64,000 bases of DNA from an uncultured Planctomycetota bacterium. GTDB lineage: Bacteria > Planctomycetota > Planctomycetia > Isosphaerales > Isosphaeraceae. The stretch lies in assembly GCA_963845755.1 (NCBI GenBank), contig CAWJTV010000034.1:224001-288000 (forward strand), in the 5' to 3' direction. Numbering within the stretch: the first letter of the stretch is position 1; each line of letters starts with the position of its first letter. The notes under the pieces are model-generated. The model was not told the origin of the DNA and made no database searches. It was given only the letters and a program-made list of their open reading frames with translations. Of the stretch, positions 45,172 through 55,824 are shown one piece after another. The position numbers and the translations under genes were made by a program.

Positions 45172-46816
45172 ATGCACTCTTCTGATGCCCTCTCGCGGCC
45201 GCAGTTCAAGATCATCGACTACATGATCTTCGCCGCCGTCCTGGCGGTTGCCCTTGCCATATTCCGTGAGGAACCGGAGACGCCCGTATCCATCTGGCTT
45301 ATTTTCGCATTCGCTTTTTTTCACGCCTTCATCACCAGGACGAACCCGCTCAGAAAGGTGCTCGCCCACCTCCCCGTGGATCTGGACCAGCGGATTGCGT
45401 CCCTGAAAGACGGGCTGACCCGGGGCAACTCGTTCGATCCGCCCGCGACCTTGAAGGCGCGTTATCTCTTGCTGGATCTCTACGAGGCTCGTCATCGTCA
45501 CGTGGAAGCCGTCATCGAAGGCCGAAGGATCCTGAAGTTCGCGGAGTACCGCTGGTCATCCGGAGCGACACGCACTTGAGGATCTCGAACTGTCTCGACT
45601 CGATGGGCCTGGGGGCCGAGTCCCATGCCGAGCGGCTGAAGGCCGAGACCTATCTGGCCCAACAACCCTGGGATGCCAATGGCCGGTTTGTCCGAGGAAA
45701 GTTGCTCGACAAGCAGCGGCGCTACGACGACGCGGCGGAGGCATACGAGCACGCCTTGGAGTGGAATCCTCGGGAGGACACGGTGACCCGGGATGCCATG
45801 TTGAGCAAGCTGATACTCGCCTTGTTCCAGGCGGGACGATCCGAGGACTCGCTGAAATGGGCGGAACGGGCGATCGCCGTGGGCGTCTCGTCGCCGCGCT
45901 TGTTCATCGCGCATCGCACGGCCGCTGCCGCGGCAGCGAGCCTGGGTCGAACTCGACGAGGCCCAGCGACATCAACAGCGTGCCCATGAGCTGGCGGTCC
46001 AGGCGGGAAATACCAAGAACGTCGTGGAGTGCCTGGCCTCCCTTGGCGACCTTCATTTCCGGCGGGGAGATCTCGACAAGGCCGAGGCCCTCTGCCAGGA
46101 AGCCGAGGCGCTTCAACCCGAGGAGTCGCGGCACGCCCTCTTGAACCATTCCCACATCCTCCGCGCGCGCGGCCGGTTCCTGGAGGCCAAGGAAAGGATC
46201 GAGCAGGCCAGCAAGGTGGGTGTGATCCACATCGCTTCTCTCGAGCGGCGTTCCCAGGCGACATTGCGATTGTGGAAGTCCATCAACGAGATTGACCTCG
46301 GCCGACTCGACGAGGCATCGGCCGACGTCGAGGTTGACCTCGGCCGACTCGACGAGGCATCGGCCGACCTCCAGCAGGCGACCGCCGAGCTGTCCACACA
46401 TCCCCAGTTTGGGCCGCTCTGCGAATCCGCCTGGGTCCGGGTCCTGGCCTTCGGAGGCGCACGCGAGGAAGCCGTCCGCCGGGCCGCCGCACTCCTCCGC
46501 GTCCTCAACACATCAACGGTGCGACCGTCCATCGAGTGCGGCGTGCCTCGCTCCGCTCGGTCGGGGCTTGCTCGAGGCCGGCGAAATCGAGCTGGCGCGA
46601 TACTGCTGGGAACGCTTCTTGTCGAGTACGCCTCCCCCCATCAACGCGCCGATCGGCCATTATTACCTCGGGGAGTGCCGATGGAGCCTCGGCGATCCTA
46701 TCGGTGCGCTCGAAGAATTCCGACATGCCTCGGCACCGGGGTTCGACTCATATCACGCCAGGCTCGCGGAACAAAGGGCCCGCGACCTCTTTCCCGATCG
46801 AGCGACTGGCTCTTGA
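45172..46816 (+). CDS. Membrane-anchored TPR protein, paralog 1 (multiple frameshifts)
   Basis: Two N-terminal TMs, TPR helices (GKLLDKQRRYDDAAEAYEHAL; GDLDKAEALC) and a C-terminal GHYYLGECRW shared with the next gene. Confidence 0.75.
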
Positions 46817-47043
46817 AACCGGATCGGGGAGCGGAGCGTGGTTCTGATTCCCGAGTTCGGCGACTCATCCTCGCTATGTCTCGGGATTCCAATCGGTTAG
46901 CATGAGACCTCGACGAAGAAGCGATGACCGGAACGCGTCGGTGCAGGTGAGAGCGCCAACGCGCGGGCCCGTCGGGCATTGACGGCATTCCGCCCAGATA
47001 CGTCGCGGTCGATCGGGGGTCGGAAACGTACCCAGCGAGGAGG

Positions 47044-48664
47044 ATGGGAGAGATCATGGACTTCTGGGATCGCATACAGCGTCCTCGCGTCAAGATCATC
47101 CACATCATGATCGTCACGGTGGTGCTGGCGATCGTCTTCGGTGCGCTTCGCTCCCGCCCGGCCGAGAGTGCCGTCGGTGTGACGTGTCTGTTCACGCTGA
47201 TATTCGTCTGGCTCCTGGTCCCGATTCTCCGTCCGGATGCCGTGAAGGGCCTGCTCGACGACCCTCCCGAGGATCCAGATGATTTGATGAGGTCCCTGGA
47301 GGAATGTCTCGCCACGAGCTCACCTCGCCCCGTGATGCTGACGGTCCGGGCGACATCGCCTCATGGGACTGTACAAGGTCCGGAAGCGCTATGAGGACGC
47401 CATCGAACAGGGCCGATCCATCCTCAGATTGATGTGCATGTCGGATTCCTTCGAGGCCGAGGTGCACCTGGAGATTGCGATCTGCTTCGACTTCCTCGGC
47501 CGCCCGGACGAGGCCGAGGCCGAGCGACAGGAGGCCGCGGAATGCCTCGAGTCCGGCCCCGAGGACTACTTCGGCTGGCTCGCCCGGGGCAAGCTTTTCG
47601 ACAAGCTCAATCGCTACGAGGAAGCCGCCACGGCCTACGAGCGGGCCCTGGAGCTGAGCCTTACAGACGATACAGCATCACGAGAGAATCTCTTGATTTG
47701 TATGGTCCATGCGACATTCGCCGCGGGGCGACCCGATGAGACGCTGAGATGGGCGGAAGCGGCGATCGCGCAATGCACCTCGGAAACGCGACTGTACAAC
47801 GCCCATCGAATGGCCGGGATCGCCGCCGCGAACCTCGGCCGATTGGAGGAAGCCGAGCAGTACCGGCTGCGCGCGTACAACATGGCCCTGGAGGGAGGAG
47901 ATGCGAAGAAGATTTCCGACAGCCTGGCTCTGCTTGCCCACCTCCATTGCTTGCGGGGCGACCTCGACAAGGCGGAAACCCTCTGCCTCAAGGCGGAGTC
48001 GCTCGGTCCCGACTCGACCCGCATGGTCCTCTTGACCTTCGCCGGTGTACTCCGCGCCCGGGGCCAGATCGCCGAGGCGCTCGAGGGGCTGGAGGAGGCC
48101 TGCCATTGCGGCGTGATGGCCAGTTCCTACTCCGAACGGCGAATGCAGGCCGCTTTCCGATTGTGGATGGCGATCTACAAGCTCGAGCTCGGCCGCCTTG
48201 CCGAAGCCTCTTCGGATCTCCGTGAAGCCGAGGACGAACTCCTCGCGGTTCCGAAGCTCGGCCGCGTCTGCGAGGCCGCACGAGTCCGTGTCCTGGCGCA
48301 CCAGGGTGCGCGCGATGAGGCGGTCCAGCGTGCCGAGTCGCTACTGGGTCGGCTGGACGAACGCGAGATCAATTCGTCCACGAGGCTGGAGTGTCTCGAC
48401 CTCCTGGGACGAGCCCTGTTCGAGATCGGGGACTACGAGCGAGCCGAGCGCTTCTGGTACCACTTCCTCTCGCGCACGTCTCCCCCCATCGCCGAGCCGA
48501 CCGGCCACTATTTCCTCGGCGAGTGCCGATGGAACCGCGGCGATCCGATCGGCGCACGCGACCATTTCCAGCTCGCGACCGCCCCGGGGATCGACTCGCT
48601 TCACGCCAGGCTCAGCGAGCAAAGGCTCCGCGACCTCGGTCTCGATCGAGATGGCCCGTCCTGA
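47044..48664 (+). CDS. Membrane-anchored TPR protein, paralog 2 (frameshift near 47357)
   Basis: Two TMs, GKLFDKLNRYEEAATAYERAL, GDLDKAETLC, GHYFLGECRW. Confidence 0.8.
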
Positions 48665-48800
48665 AGAGACCTCACGGGAACGGCGACCCCGGCCGGCCGT
48701 TGGAGGAGATCCGGAGCCGAACCGTCGAACGTCGTCACCCGTCGAGCAAGCCGGCAGGATCGCGGATCTCTGTCGTTTCTTCCGCGACGTCCCTTCGCGA

Positions 48801-50663
48801 TTATTTCGCCGGGGCGGGGTCGAGCCGGACTTCGTCGATCCAGAAAGCGAACGGGCCGGTGTTGGTCCCGCCGCCGAAGAAGATGCCGAGGGTCTGCGTG
48901 CCATCGAGGCCGTCGAAGTCCTTCCACGCGAAGTGGAACGGCTTCCATTCCTTGCTGGGGATGAACGTCCTGATGACCGGCACGAAGCCCCGGGCCTGGC
49001 TGAAGACCATCACGGAGGCGGTCTGGCCGTCGCCGCGCGCCCAGAACGAGAGCCCGGCCTTGCCCGAGAGGTTCGCCGCGGTCATCGGCGCCGTGCCCGG
49101 CGAGAAGAACACGCCCGCCCAGCGCTGGGCGGATTTCCCGGTGATCGTGCCGTTGATCTTCATGGCGTGCTTCGACTCCCCGGCACCGCCGTCGACGACG
49201 TCCAACTGCGCCTTCGATTTCCCGCCGATCATGGCGTCGGTCGAGACCATCCAACCGGCGCCGAACTCGGTCTTGGTCGCCGCCTTTTCGCCTTCGAAGT
49301 CGCTGATCAGTCCGCCCTCCGAGCCCAAGGGGGGCGGGGCATTGCGCGCCTTGGCGACGGCCTCGTGCTTGCGACGGACCTCGGCGCGATAGGAATCGCG
49401 ATCGATCGGACGGCCCCGCTTCCAGATTCCGACGATCTTGCGGGTGGAGGCGATGTCGACGGTGGGATCATTGTCGACGAGCACGAGATCGGCGCGGAGG
49501 CCCGGGGCGATCCGGCCGCGGTCGGCCAGGTGGAAAGCATCGGCGGTCGTGGCCGTCGCGGCGGTGAGAGCCTCCACCGGTGTCAGCCCGGCGGCCACCA
49601 GCAGCGCCAGCTCGCGGTGAAGGCTCGCGCCGTGGGCCGTCCCGGGGTTACTGCAATCGGTACCGGCCAGGATCCGAACGCCCGCTGCCTTCAACGCCTT
49701 GACCGCCTCGCTGGGAATCCGGAGCACGTCCGAGGCTTGCGCCGCACCGGGGAAGCTTGATCGCAGCATCCGGACGTCATCCGGGGTCAGGTACGGAGAA
49801 AGCACGGGGTCATCCGCCAGGGCGGCGTTGCCAGCCCCTCGATTGACGCTGTCCAGTACGGTGAGCGTGGGGATGACGAAGATCTTGCGATCGGCCGCCA
49901 GGCGGACGAAGGCGGCGTCGATCGGCTGATCGTACCAGAGATGGACCAGCCCGTCGGCACCGGAGTCGACGGCCTTCCGGGCGAATTCGCGGGCCAGGAT
50001 GTGGACGACGGCCAACTTCTTGCGGGCCTTGGCCGCGCGGATGACGGCGGCCAGCGTCGCCTCGTCGATCGGTTTCCATGGCAAGTGGGCCTCCGAACCG
50101 TCGTCGTAAACGATCTTGATGTAGTCCGAGCCTTCGGCGACCCGCGCCGCGACGAACGCCTCGGCCTGGTCGGTGGACGCAATGGTCGGGATCGGGACCC
50201 CGTACTCGGTCCCGTGACCGCCGGGAGCCGTGATGAGCGTGCCGGCCGAATACAGGTCCGCGCGATCGGCCGCCTTCCCCGCGGCTTGTTCCGCGCGCCG
50301 CTCCGCGGCGAACGAGGCGCTGGTAAACATGTCCAGCTCGGTCGTCACGCCGAACATGACCGCCGCGCGGAGGTGGTCGGTGGTGAACGCATGGGTATGC
50401 GCGTCGATCAGGCCGGGGAGGAGCGTCTTGCCCCGACCGTCGATCACCGTCGCACCGTTGGGAATCCCCACCTCGGCGCCAACGGCCGCGATCGTCCCAT
50501 CCCGGACGATCACGTTGGCGACAGGGATCACCTTCGTCCCGTCGAATACCCGGACGTTCTGGAAAGCCACGGTGTCGCCCCGAACGGCTGAGGCGCCCGC
50601 CATCACACCGATCGCAGCGATCACTTGTGTGAAAAAGATCAATCGGTGAGACCGCGTCGCCAT
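48801..50663 (-). CDS. Secreted amidohydrolase with C-terminal CIA30/CBM-like domain
   Basis: LLPGLIDAHTH, YIK, VVH, GLVH, AGTD, GRIAPGLRADLVLV; then ISDFEG...GLSFWARGDG. Confidence 0.9.
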   Translation of the reverse strand: MATRSHRLIFFTQVIAAIGVMAGASAVRGDTVAFQNVRVFDGTKVIPVANVIVRDGTIAAVGAEVGIPNGATVIDGRGKTLLPGLIDAHTHAFTTDHLRAAVMFGVTTELDMFTSASFAAERRAEQAAGKAADRADLYSAGTLITAPGGHGTEYGVPIPTIASTDQAEAFVAARVAEGSDYIKIVYDDGSEAHLPWKPIDEATLAAVIRAAKARKKLAVVHILAREFARKAVDSGADGLVHLWYDQPIDAAFVRLAADRKIFVIPTLTVLDSVNRGAGNAALADDPVLSPYLTPDDVRMLRSSFPGAAQASDVLRIPSEAVKALKAAGVRILAGTDCSNPGTAHGASLHRELALLVAAGLTPVEALTAATATTADAFHLADRGRIAPGLRADLVLVDNDPTVDIASTRKIVGIWKRGRPIDRDSYRAEVRRKHEAVAKARNAPPPLGSEGGLISDFEGEKAATKTEFGAGWMVSTDAMIGGKSKAQLDVVDGGAGESKHAMKINGTITGKSAQRWAGVFFSPGTAPMTAANLSGKAGLSFWARGDGQTASVMVFSQARGFVPVIRTFIPSKEWKPFHFAWKDFDGLDGTQTLGIFFGGGTNTGPFAFWIDEVRLDPAPAK

Positions 50664-50759
50664 GTTTCTGACCTCTCAATGAAACAGGGAAATGGAATCG
50701 CCGGATCGCCCGAGCAACCGTATTGATCGCCACCGTCGAGGAGACCCAGGACGAGCTCG

Positions 50760-50900
50760 CCAGGCGGACCAGCTCGGGACTTGCGGGCCTGACGTCCCAG
50801 ATCCCGACGGCCTGCTCACCGGCAGTGTAGCGCATTTTGCCGTCCGGCGAGAAGGCCACGCCGGAGACGTCCTCACTTCCTGACAGTGCAAGCACCGCCC
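50760..50900 (-). pseudogene. WD40-repeat gene remnant
   Basis: VLALSGSEDVSGVAFSPDGKMRYTAGEQAVGIWDVRP: a single WD40 blade with no recognisable intact gene. Confidence 0.5.
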
Positions 50901-51065
50901 GGTTCGCGGATTTTTTCTTGATCGCCCCGTCGCAGCCCTGTAGCCTACGTTCTGTCGAAGGCACACCGACTTAGGGCATCCGATGTCTCGATCCAGGGCA
51001 ACCAGGAATCACGATTGACACCGAGTCCCCCTGGGTGAGACGAAACGTAGGAGTGAGGTGGAGCG

Positions 51066-52209
51066 ATGAGCGCGATGGCGACCATGCTCTGGCTCCCCTG
51101 GTTGCTGGCGCTCCCCGCGACGGATCTTGACGACCCGGCTCGCGAGGTCGATGAACTTCGCGGCCGAGTCCAGGTGCTGGTCCAGCCGTTGCTGGATAAG
51201 AAGCAGAGCGTTGGGGTGGCCGTCGGCGTGATCCAGGCGGGCCGGACACACGTCTTTGGCTTTGGCCGCGCGGCCCTCGACGCCGACAAGCCGCCCGATG
51301 GCAAGACGATCTTCGAGATCGGGTCGGTCACGAAGGTCTTCACGTCGCTGGCATTGGCCGAGATGGCGCGAGAGGGCCTCCTCCGCCTCGATGATCCCGT
51401 TCAACGCTACCTGCCCGAGGGAGTGAAGATCGCTTCGCGCCGGGCGAGAGGTCACCCTGGAGGACCTGGCGACCCATACTTCCGGCCTGCCTCGCATTCC
51501 GCCGAAAGTGCTGGTGCTCGCCCTGAAATCCGGCAATCCTTACGCCGACTTCAAGGAGAAGGATCTTTACGAGTTCCTCAAGATCTGGAAACCCACCCAG
51601 GACATCGGTTCGAAGTGGTCGTACTCGAACCTCGGCGCCGGCCTGCTGGGCCATGCCCTCTCACGACGCGCGGGCGTAGACTACGGCCAGTTGATTGCGA
51701 AGCGGATCACCGAACCGCTCGGCATGAAGGACACGAGTGTCAAGCTCAACGACGAGCAAGAACGGCGGCTGGCCAAGCCCTACGAGAAGGGCGGCAAGCC
51801 CGCCGCCCGCTGGACTTTCGACGTCTTGGCCGGCGCCGGCGCGATCCACTCGACGGCCGATGATCTGCTCGTGTTCCTCTCCGCCGAGCTGGGCCTCAAG
51901 GACTCGAAGCTCCGCACCGCGATGGCAGCCACTCAGGAGCCGCGCCGGGAGACCAGCATGGGAGGGATGCGGATCGGTCTCGCCTGGCTCGTGAAGAAGC
52001 TTCCCAAGGAGGACGGAGCGGTCGATCTCTACTGGCACAATGGAGGCACGGCCGGATACAGCAGCTTTCTCGGGTTCAACAAGGCGAAGAAGACCGCTGT
52101 GGTCGTCTTGAGCAACACCGGGCCGACCCTCGGGTCATTCGGTGCGCTCGATTCGGTCGGGGCGAACGTCCTCCGACTCCTGAACGCGAAGGAGAATCCG
52201 CCCAAGTGA
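51066..52209 (+). CDS. Serine hydrolase, class C beta-lactamase-like (frameshift near 51440)
   Basis: FEIGSVTK (SxxK), LATHTSGLPR, YSN, WHNGGTAG. Confidence 0.92.
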
Positions 52210-52371
52210 ACCGGCCCGGCACGAGTCGGGCGCGCTCGTCGGTCGGCCTCCGGGCTTCACGACTCGAGCCGCCGTGTTCCCCTATGGGAAAGTCGGAGTG
52301 TGCGCGCCTGAACTTTACGTCGCGAATCCCAGCCCGACGCACCAGCGAGTCATGGGATGATCCTCACCGGA

Positions 52372-52567
52372 ATTCACTCGCTGACGCCTCGGGCTCGCAT
52401 CCCATCGATGCTGTCGTCGCGAGTGCAAGCCATCCGTTGAGCGCTCTCGCCGTATTCTTCCAATTTTCTCGGGGAAAACTCGTGTTGCGTCGATCGGAAC
52501 TCGATAAGTTGGAGTCCCGGCTTCAGCCGGATTCTTCCGCCTAACGCAGCCGAAGTCCGCGTCAGGC
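52372..52567. repeat. Cluster of short REP-like motifs
   Basis: cactcgctgacgcctcgggct; ttggagtcccggcttcagccgg; cctaacgcagccgaagtccgcgtcagg (same terminal motif as repeats A-E). Confidence 0.5.
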
Positions 52568-52652
52568 CGTGGATCGAAGCTCGACGGACCACTCGGAATT
52601 CGGCCTGCCACCGCCCGCCCCGACCCCATCGCCCTGCATTGAGGTAACAACC

Positions 52653-54047
52653 ATGGAAATCCGAATTCGTCCACTGCTCCTGATCTCGGCCATCTGCACC
52701 GTCGTGGCGCTCCCATGGAGCGCCACGGCGGCGGCACAGTCGGCCCCCGAGACAGTCGCTGATGGAGCCTTCAAGGTCGAGACGAACCTACGCGCGGGTG
52801 TTGCCAAGATCGACATCACGCCGCCGCCCGATACGAAAGTCGTCGGCCATGTGCGCGAGACCCACGGAGTCCGCGATCCGATCCGGGCCGCGATCCTGCT
52901 GCTGGACGACGGCCGGACGAAGGCCGCCATCGTCAGCTTCGATCTACTCGCCCCGTGGGACGATCTGGTCGCCGAGGTCCGGTCGGCGGTTTCGGGGGCT
53001 GCGGGCATCCCCAAGCCGCATATCCTGATCGCCTGTTCGCATAACCACTCCGGTCCGGCCTGGTCGAAGGAGACTCCGTACGGCAAGCGGGTCATCGAAC
53101 AAATCACGACTGCCGCAGCCGAGGCCGCACGATCGTTGCGCCCGGTGTCCATCGGTTACGGTGAGGGGTCGATCCAGTTCGGGATCAACCGCCGGAAAGT
53201 CATCGACGGCCGGGCGGTCGTTCGACTCAATCCCGAAGGGCCGAATGATCGCCGGGTGAAAGTGCTGAGGATCGACGATGGCCGCGGTTTGGCTCCGATG
53301 GCCGTCGTGATGCATGCCGTCTGCCACCCGTGTGTCTTCACCTGGGGCGACAAGTTCTCCGATCCCCACCCCAATGGCTTCCCCAAGATGAGTGCCGACT
53401 TTCCGGGTGAGGCCCAGCGGTTCGTCGAGATGGTCTACGGCCTTCCGACCCAGACACTCTTCCTCCAGGGTTGCGCCGGGAACATTCGTCCCAACCTGCC
53501 CGGCTTCCCGTATCGCTGCGGCGATGAGGCCGACATCCGCTGGATCGGTCGGGACCTGGGATGCGAGGTGGTCCGGGCGGCGGATCGCGCCGCGATCCGA
53601 GAAGAAATGGCCCGGCGACCCAAGGTTTATCCGATCAAGATCGCGTCGTCGGTCGTGGACCTGCCCGGCAAGGAGAAACCGGTCCGATGCGAGTTCCAGG
53701 CGCTACGGGTCGGCCCGTTCGTTTTCCTGGCACTCCCCGGCGAGCCGTTCGTCGAATATGGGTTCCAGATTGAGAAAGCCATCGCCGACCGCGCCGTACC
53801 GATCGTGGTGGGCTACGCCAACGGCGGCCCGTACTATGTCTGCACGGCCCAAGCCCACAAGGAGGGGGGTTACGAGCCGAACATGACGCCCCTGGCACCC
53901 GAGGCCGAGCCGCTCATCGTCAAAGAGATCCTGCTCCTGGCAGACCGAGTTATCGGCGACGTCTTCGAGTCGTTCGCCCCGCGGCTCCCGGTCGAGAACC
54001 CGTATTACACCCCGTCGATACCGGGCGGTCCGGCCGCAAAGAAATAG
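52653..54047 (+). CDS. Neutral/alkaline ceramidase-like hydrolase, secreted
   Basis: AGVAKIDITPP, CSHNHSGP, INRR, HAVCHP, SADFPG, FLQGCAGNIRP, PGEPFVE, GGYEP. Confidence 0.85.
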   Translation: MEIRIRPLLLISAICTVVALPWSATAAAQSAPETVADGAFKVETNLRAGVAKIDITPPPDTKVVGHVRETHGVRDPIRAAILLLDDGRTKAAIVSFDLLAPWDDLVAEVRSAVSGAAGIPKPHILIACSHNHSGPAWSKETPYGKRVIEQITTAAAEAARSLRPVSIGYGEGSIQFGINRRKVIDGRAVVRLNPEGPNDRRVKVLRIDDGRGLAPMAVVMHAVCHPCVFTWGDKFSDPHPNGFPKMSADFPGEAQRFVEMVYGLPTQTLFLQGCAGNIRPNLPGFPYRCGDEADIRWIGRDLGCEVVRAADRAAIREEMARRPKVYPIKIASSVVDLPGKEKPVRCEFQALRVGPFVFLALPGEPFVEYGFQIEKAIADRAVPIVVGYANGGPYYVCTAQAHKEGGYEPNMTPLAPEAEPLIVKEILLLADRVIGDVFESFAPRLPVENPYYTPSIPGGPAAKK

Positions 54048-54244
54048 CCGGCTGTGTTAAGAAGGCGGACGGGCTCCGAGTCGTCGAGACGCCTGTCCGT
54101 TTTCTTGAAACGGTGCGGTCAATGGTGAGCGAAGAATCGATTCAGAATAACAAATGCAAAATAGAATAAAGATGTAAACTATTGCTGCATTGGAAGCCTC
54201 ATTGATCGAAACTCGAGTCTTCCATCCGATTCGATCACATTCTC

Positions 54245-54928
54245 TCAGAGGGTCCCGAAGCGTTCGTAGGCGGCGGTGGCCTTCATCCCGGCACGGATCG
54301 CATCCCGGACGCGGTTTTCTTCGTGGACCTTCTCCCACGCCCTGTGCAGGACGGCGGCCTCGATCGATTTCGGGATCACGACCACGCCGTCATCGTCGGC
54401 GACGACGAGGTCCCCGGGTGTGAAGAGGACCCCGCCGATCTCGACCGGCACGTCGAAGTCGATCACGCGCTGACGGTCCTTGCTGTCGTATGGGCTGGTG
54501 TGCCGGGCGAAGACGGGGAACCCCATCACCCGCATCTGACGGACGTCGCGCACGGCGCCGTCGACGATCGCGCCGACGCACCCGGAGTTCCGCGCGGCGG
54601 TCAACAACAGCTCTCCCCAGATCCCCGATCTTGCCGAGCCGCCCGCGGCCGCGATCAACACATCGCCCGGCAGGCAGGCGTCGACCGCGATCAACTCCAG
54701 CTCGTAGGGCCGAGGATCCGGGTGCCCCATGTCGGCCCAGAGCGTGGTACGGCATCGGCCGACGAGGACACCGCTGGCCGTCATCGGCCGTAAGGAGAGG
54801 CGCGGCGATTGGTGTCGGAACCCCTCGGCGTCGAGCCCGTCGCAGATCAAGGCGCTTCCGAGCCGCTCCCGGATCATCACGGCGGTGATTTCCGGCCTGT
54901 CAGATTCCGGCTCAACTCGCGTGTTCAT
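54245..54928 (-). CDS. RraA / HMG-aldolase family protein
   Basis: ALICDGLD, WGELL(S/L)TAA, GAIVDGAVRD, GDLVVADDDGVVVIP. Confidence 0.9.
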   Translation of the reverse strand: MNTRVEPESDRPEITAVMIRERLGSALICDGLDAEGFRHQSPRLSLRPMTASGVLVGRCRTTLWADMGHPDPRPYELELIAVDACLPGDVLIAAAGGSARSGIWGELLLTAARNSGCVGAIVDGAVRDVRQMRVMGFPVFARHTSPYDSKDRQRVIDFDVPVEIGGVLFTPGDLVVADDDGVVVIPKSIEAAVLHRAWEKVHEENRVRDAIRAGMKATAAYERFGTL

Positions 54929-55341
54929 TGTTCTCTCCACGATTCGAATCGCAGCCGTCCTGATGCCGGCCGCAAGCCGCGTGCCTCGGTTCTTCGGCGT
55001 GCATCGTGTATTCGGACGTTCTGGGCGGGGTCTTGAGCCGCCAGGGATTCTCTTTCGTGCGGTCCAGCTTGGCCATGAAGCCTCCAGTCTTCGCCAGTCC
55101 CGATGAATCCTGCCGTCGCCCCGTGGGCGGGCTTTCTCACCCGCTCGATACGCCGATTGCCGCCTCAGCATGCCCACTTCGGGTTCGGTTCGCAAGAGCA
55201 GCCGCCCGCTCCGTATACCCGGTTTAGCTATGACGGTTCTTTCCCCCAGTGCCAGCCCGCCGGATGGCCCTTGACCAGATCGCGATCGACTTCACGTAGG
55301 ACCTTCGCCACCTGATCGTCGGTCCGTCGTTTCCTCATGAT

Positions 55342-55486
55342 GAGTCCCTGCGACTCAGAGTCTGTCCCCGAAGGGGCCGGTCGGCGAGCGGGGGCGTCAG
55401 CCCCCTGTCTTGGAGGTCCGTCGCTTACCGGACAGGGGGCTGACGCCCCCGCTCGCCCTTTGCAGACTCAGTCTTGTGAGGGACTC
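55342..55486. repeat. Long REP-like inverted repeat
   Basis: Perfect 27-bp arms at 55383-55409 and 55431-55457, with outer pairs GAGTCTG/CAGACTC and GAGTCCCT/AGGGACTC. Confidence 0.8.
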
Positions 55487-55824
55487 TCACTTCGACTGGA
55501 CCAGTTTTGGGGAGCAGAGCACATATGGCCCCGTTTTTCACGCTGTTCCGGTTTTTCCCGCCCCATCCTGGCAGGCTTTTGATTCTCGCGTTAATACTCT
55601 TCGTACTACTTTATCGGGAGGCTTGACTTACTGACGTTGCGGATCGGCTTAAATTGCATGAGGGCATCGTTGTAAGCTCCTGGGAAAGTCGAGTTCCGAT
55701 CGAAACTCCCACTCATTCTTGAGCACACCATGATCGCGTGGCTCACCAGCCCGGCACGGGCCGGCGATGAAGAGCGGTCGCATTAAAGCCCCCTGGAGGG
55801 CATTCGCCATGTCTACGCCAGATC

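Noticed and set aside
51066..52209. Beta-lactamase as an antibiotic-resistance gene
   Set aside because: Motifs only place it in the broad serine hydrolase family; no mobile context.
54135..54200. AT-rich patch between convergent genes
   Set aside because: No repeat, promoter logic or ORF to support a function.
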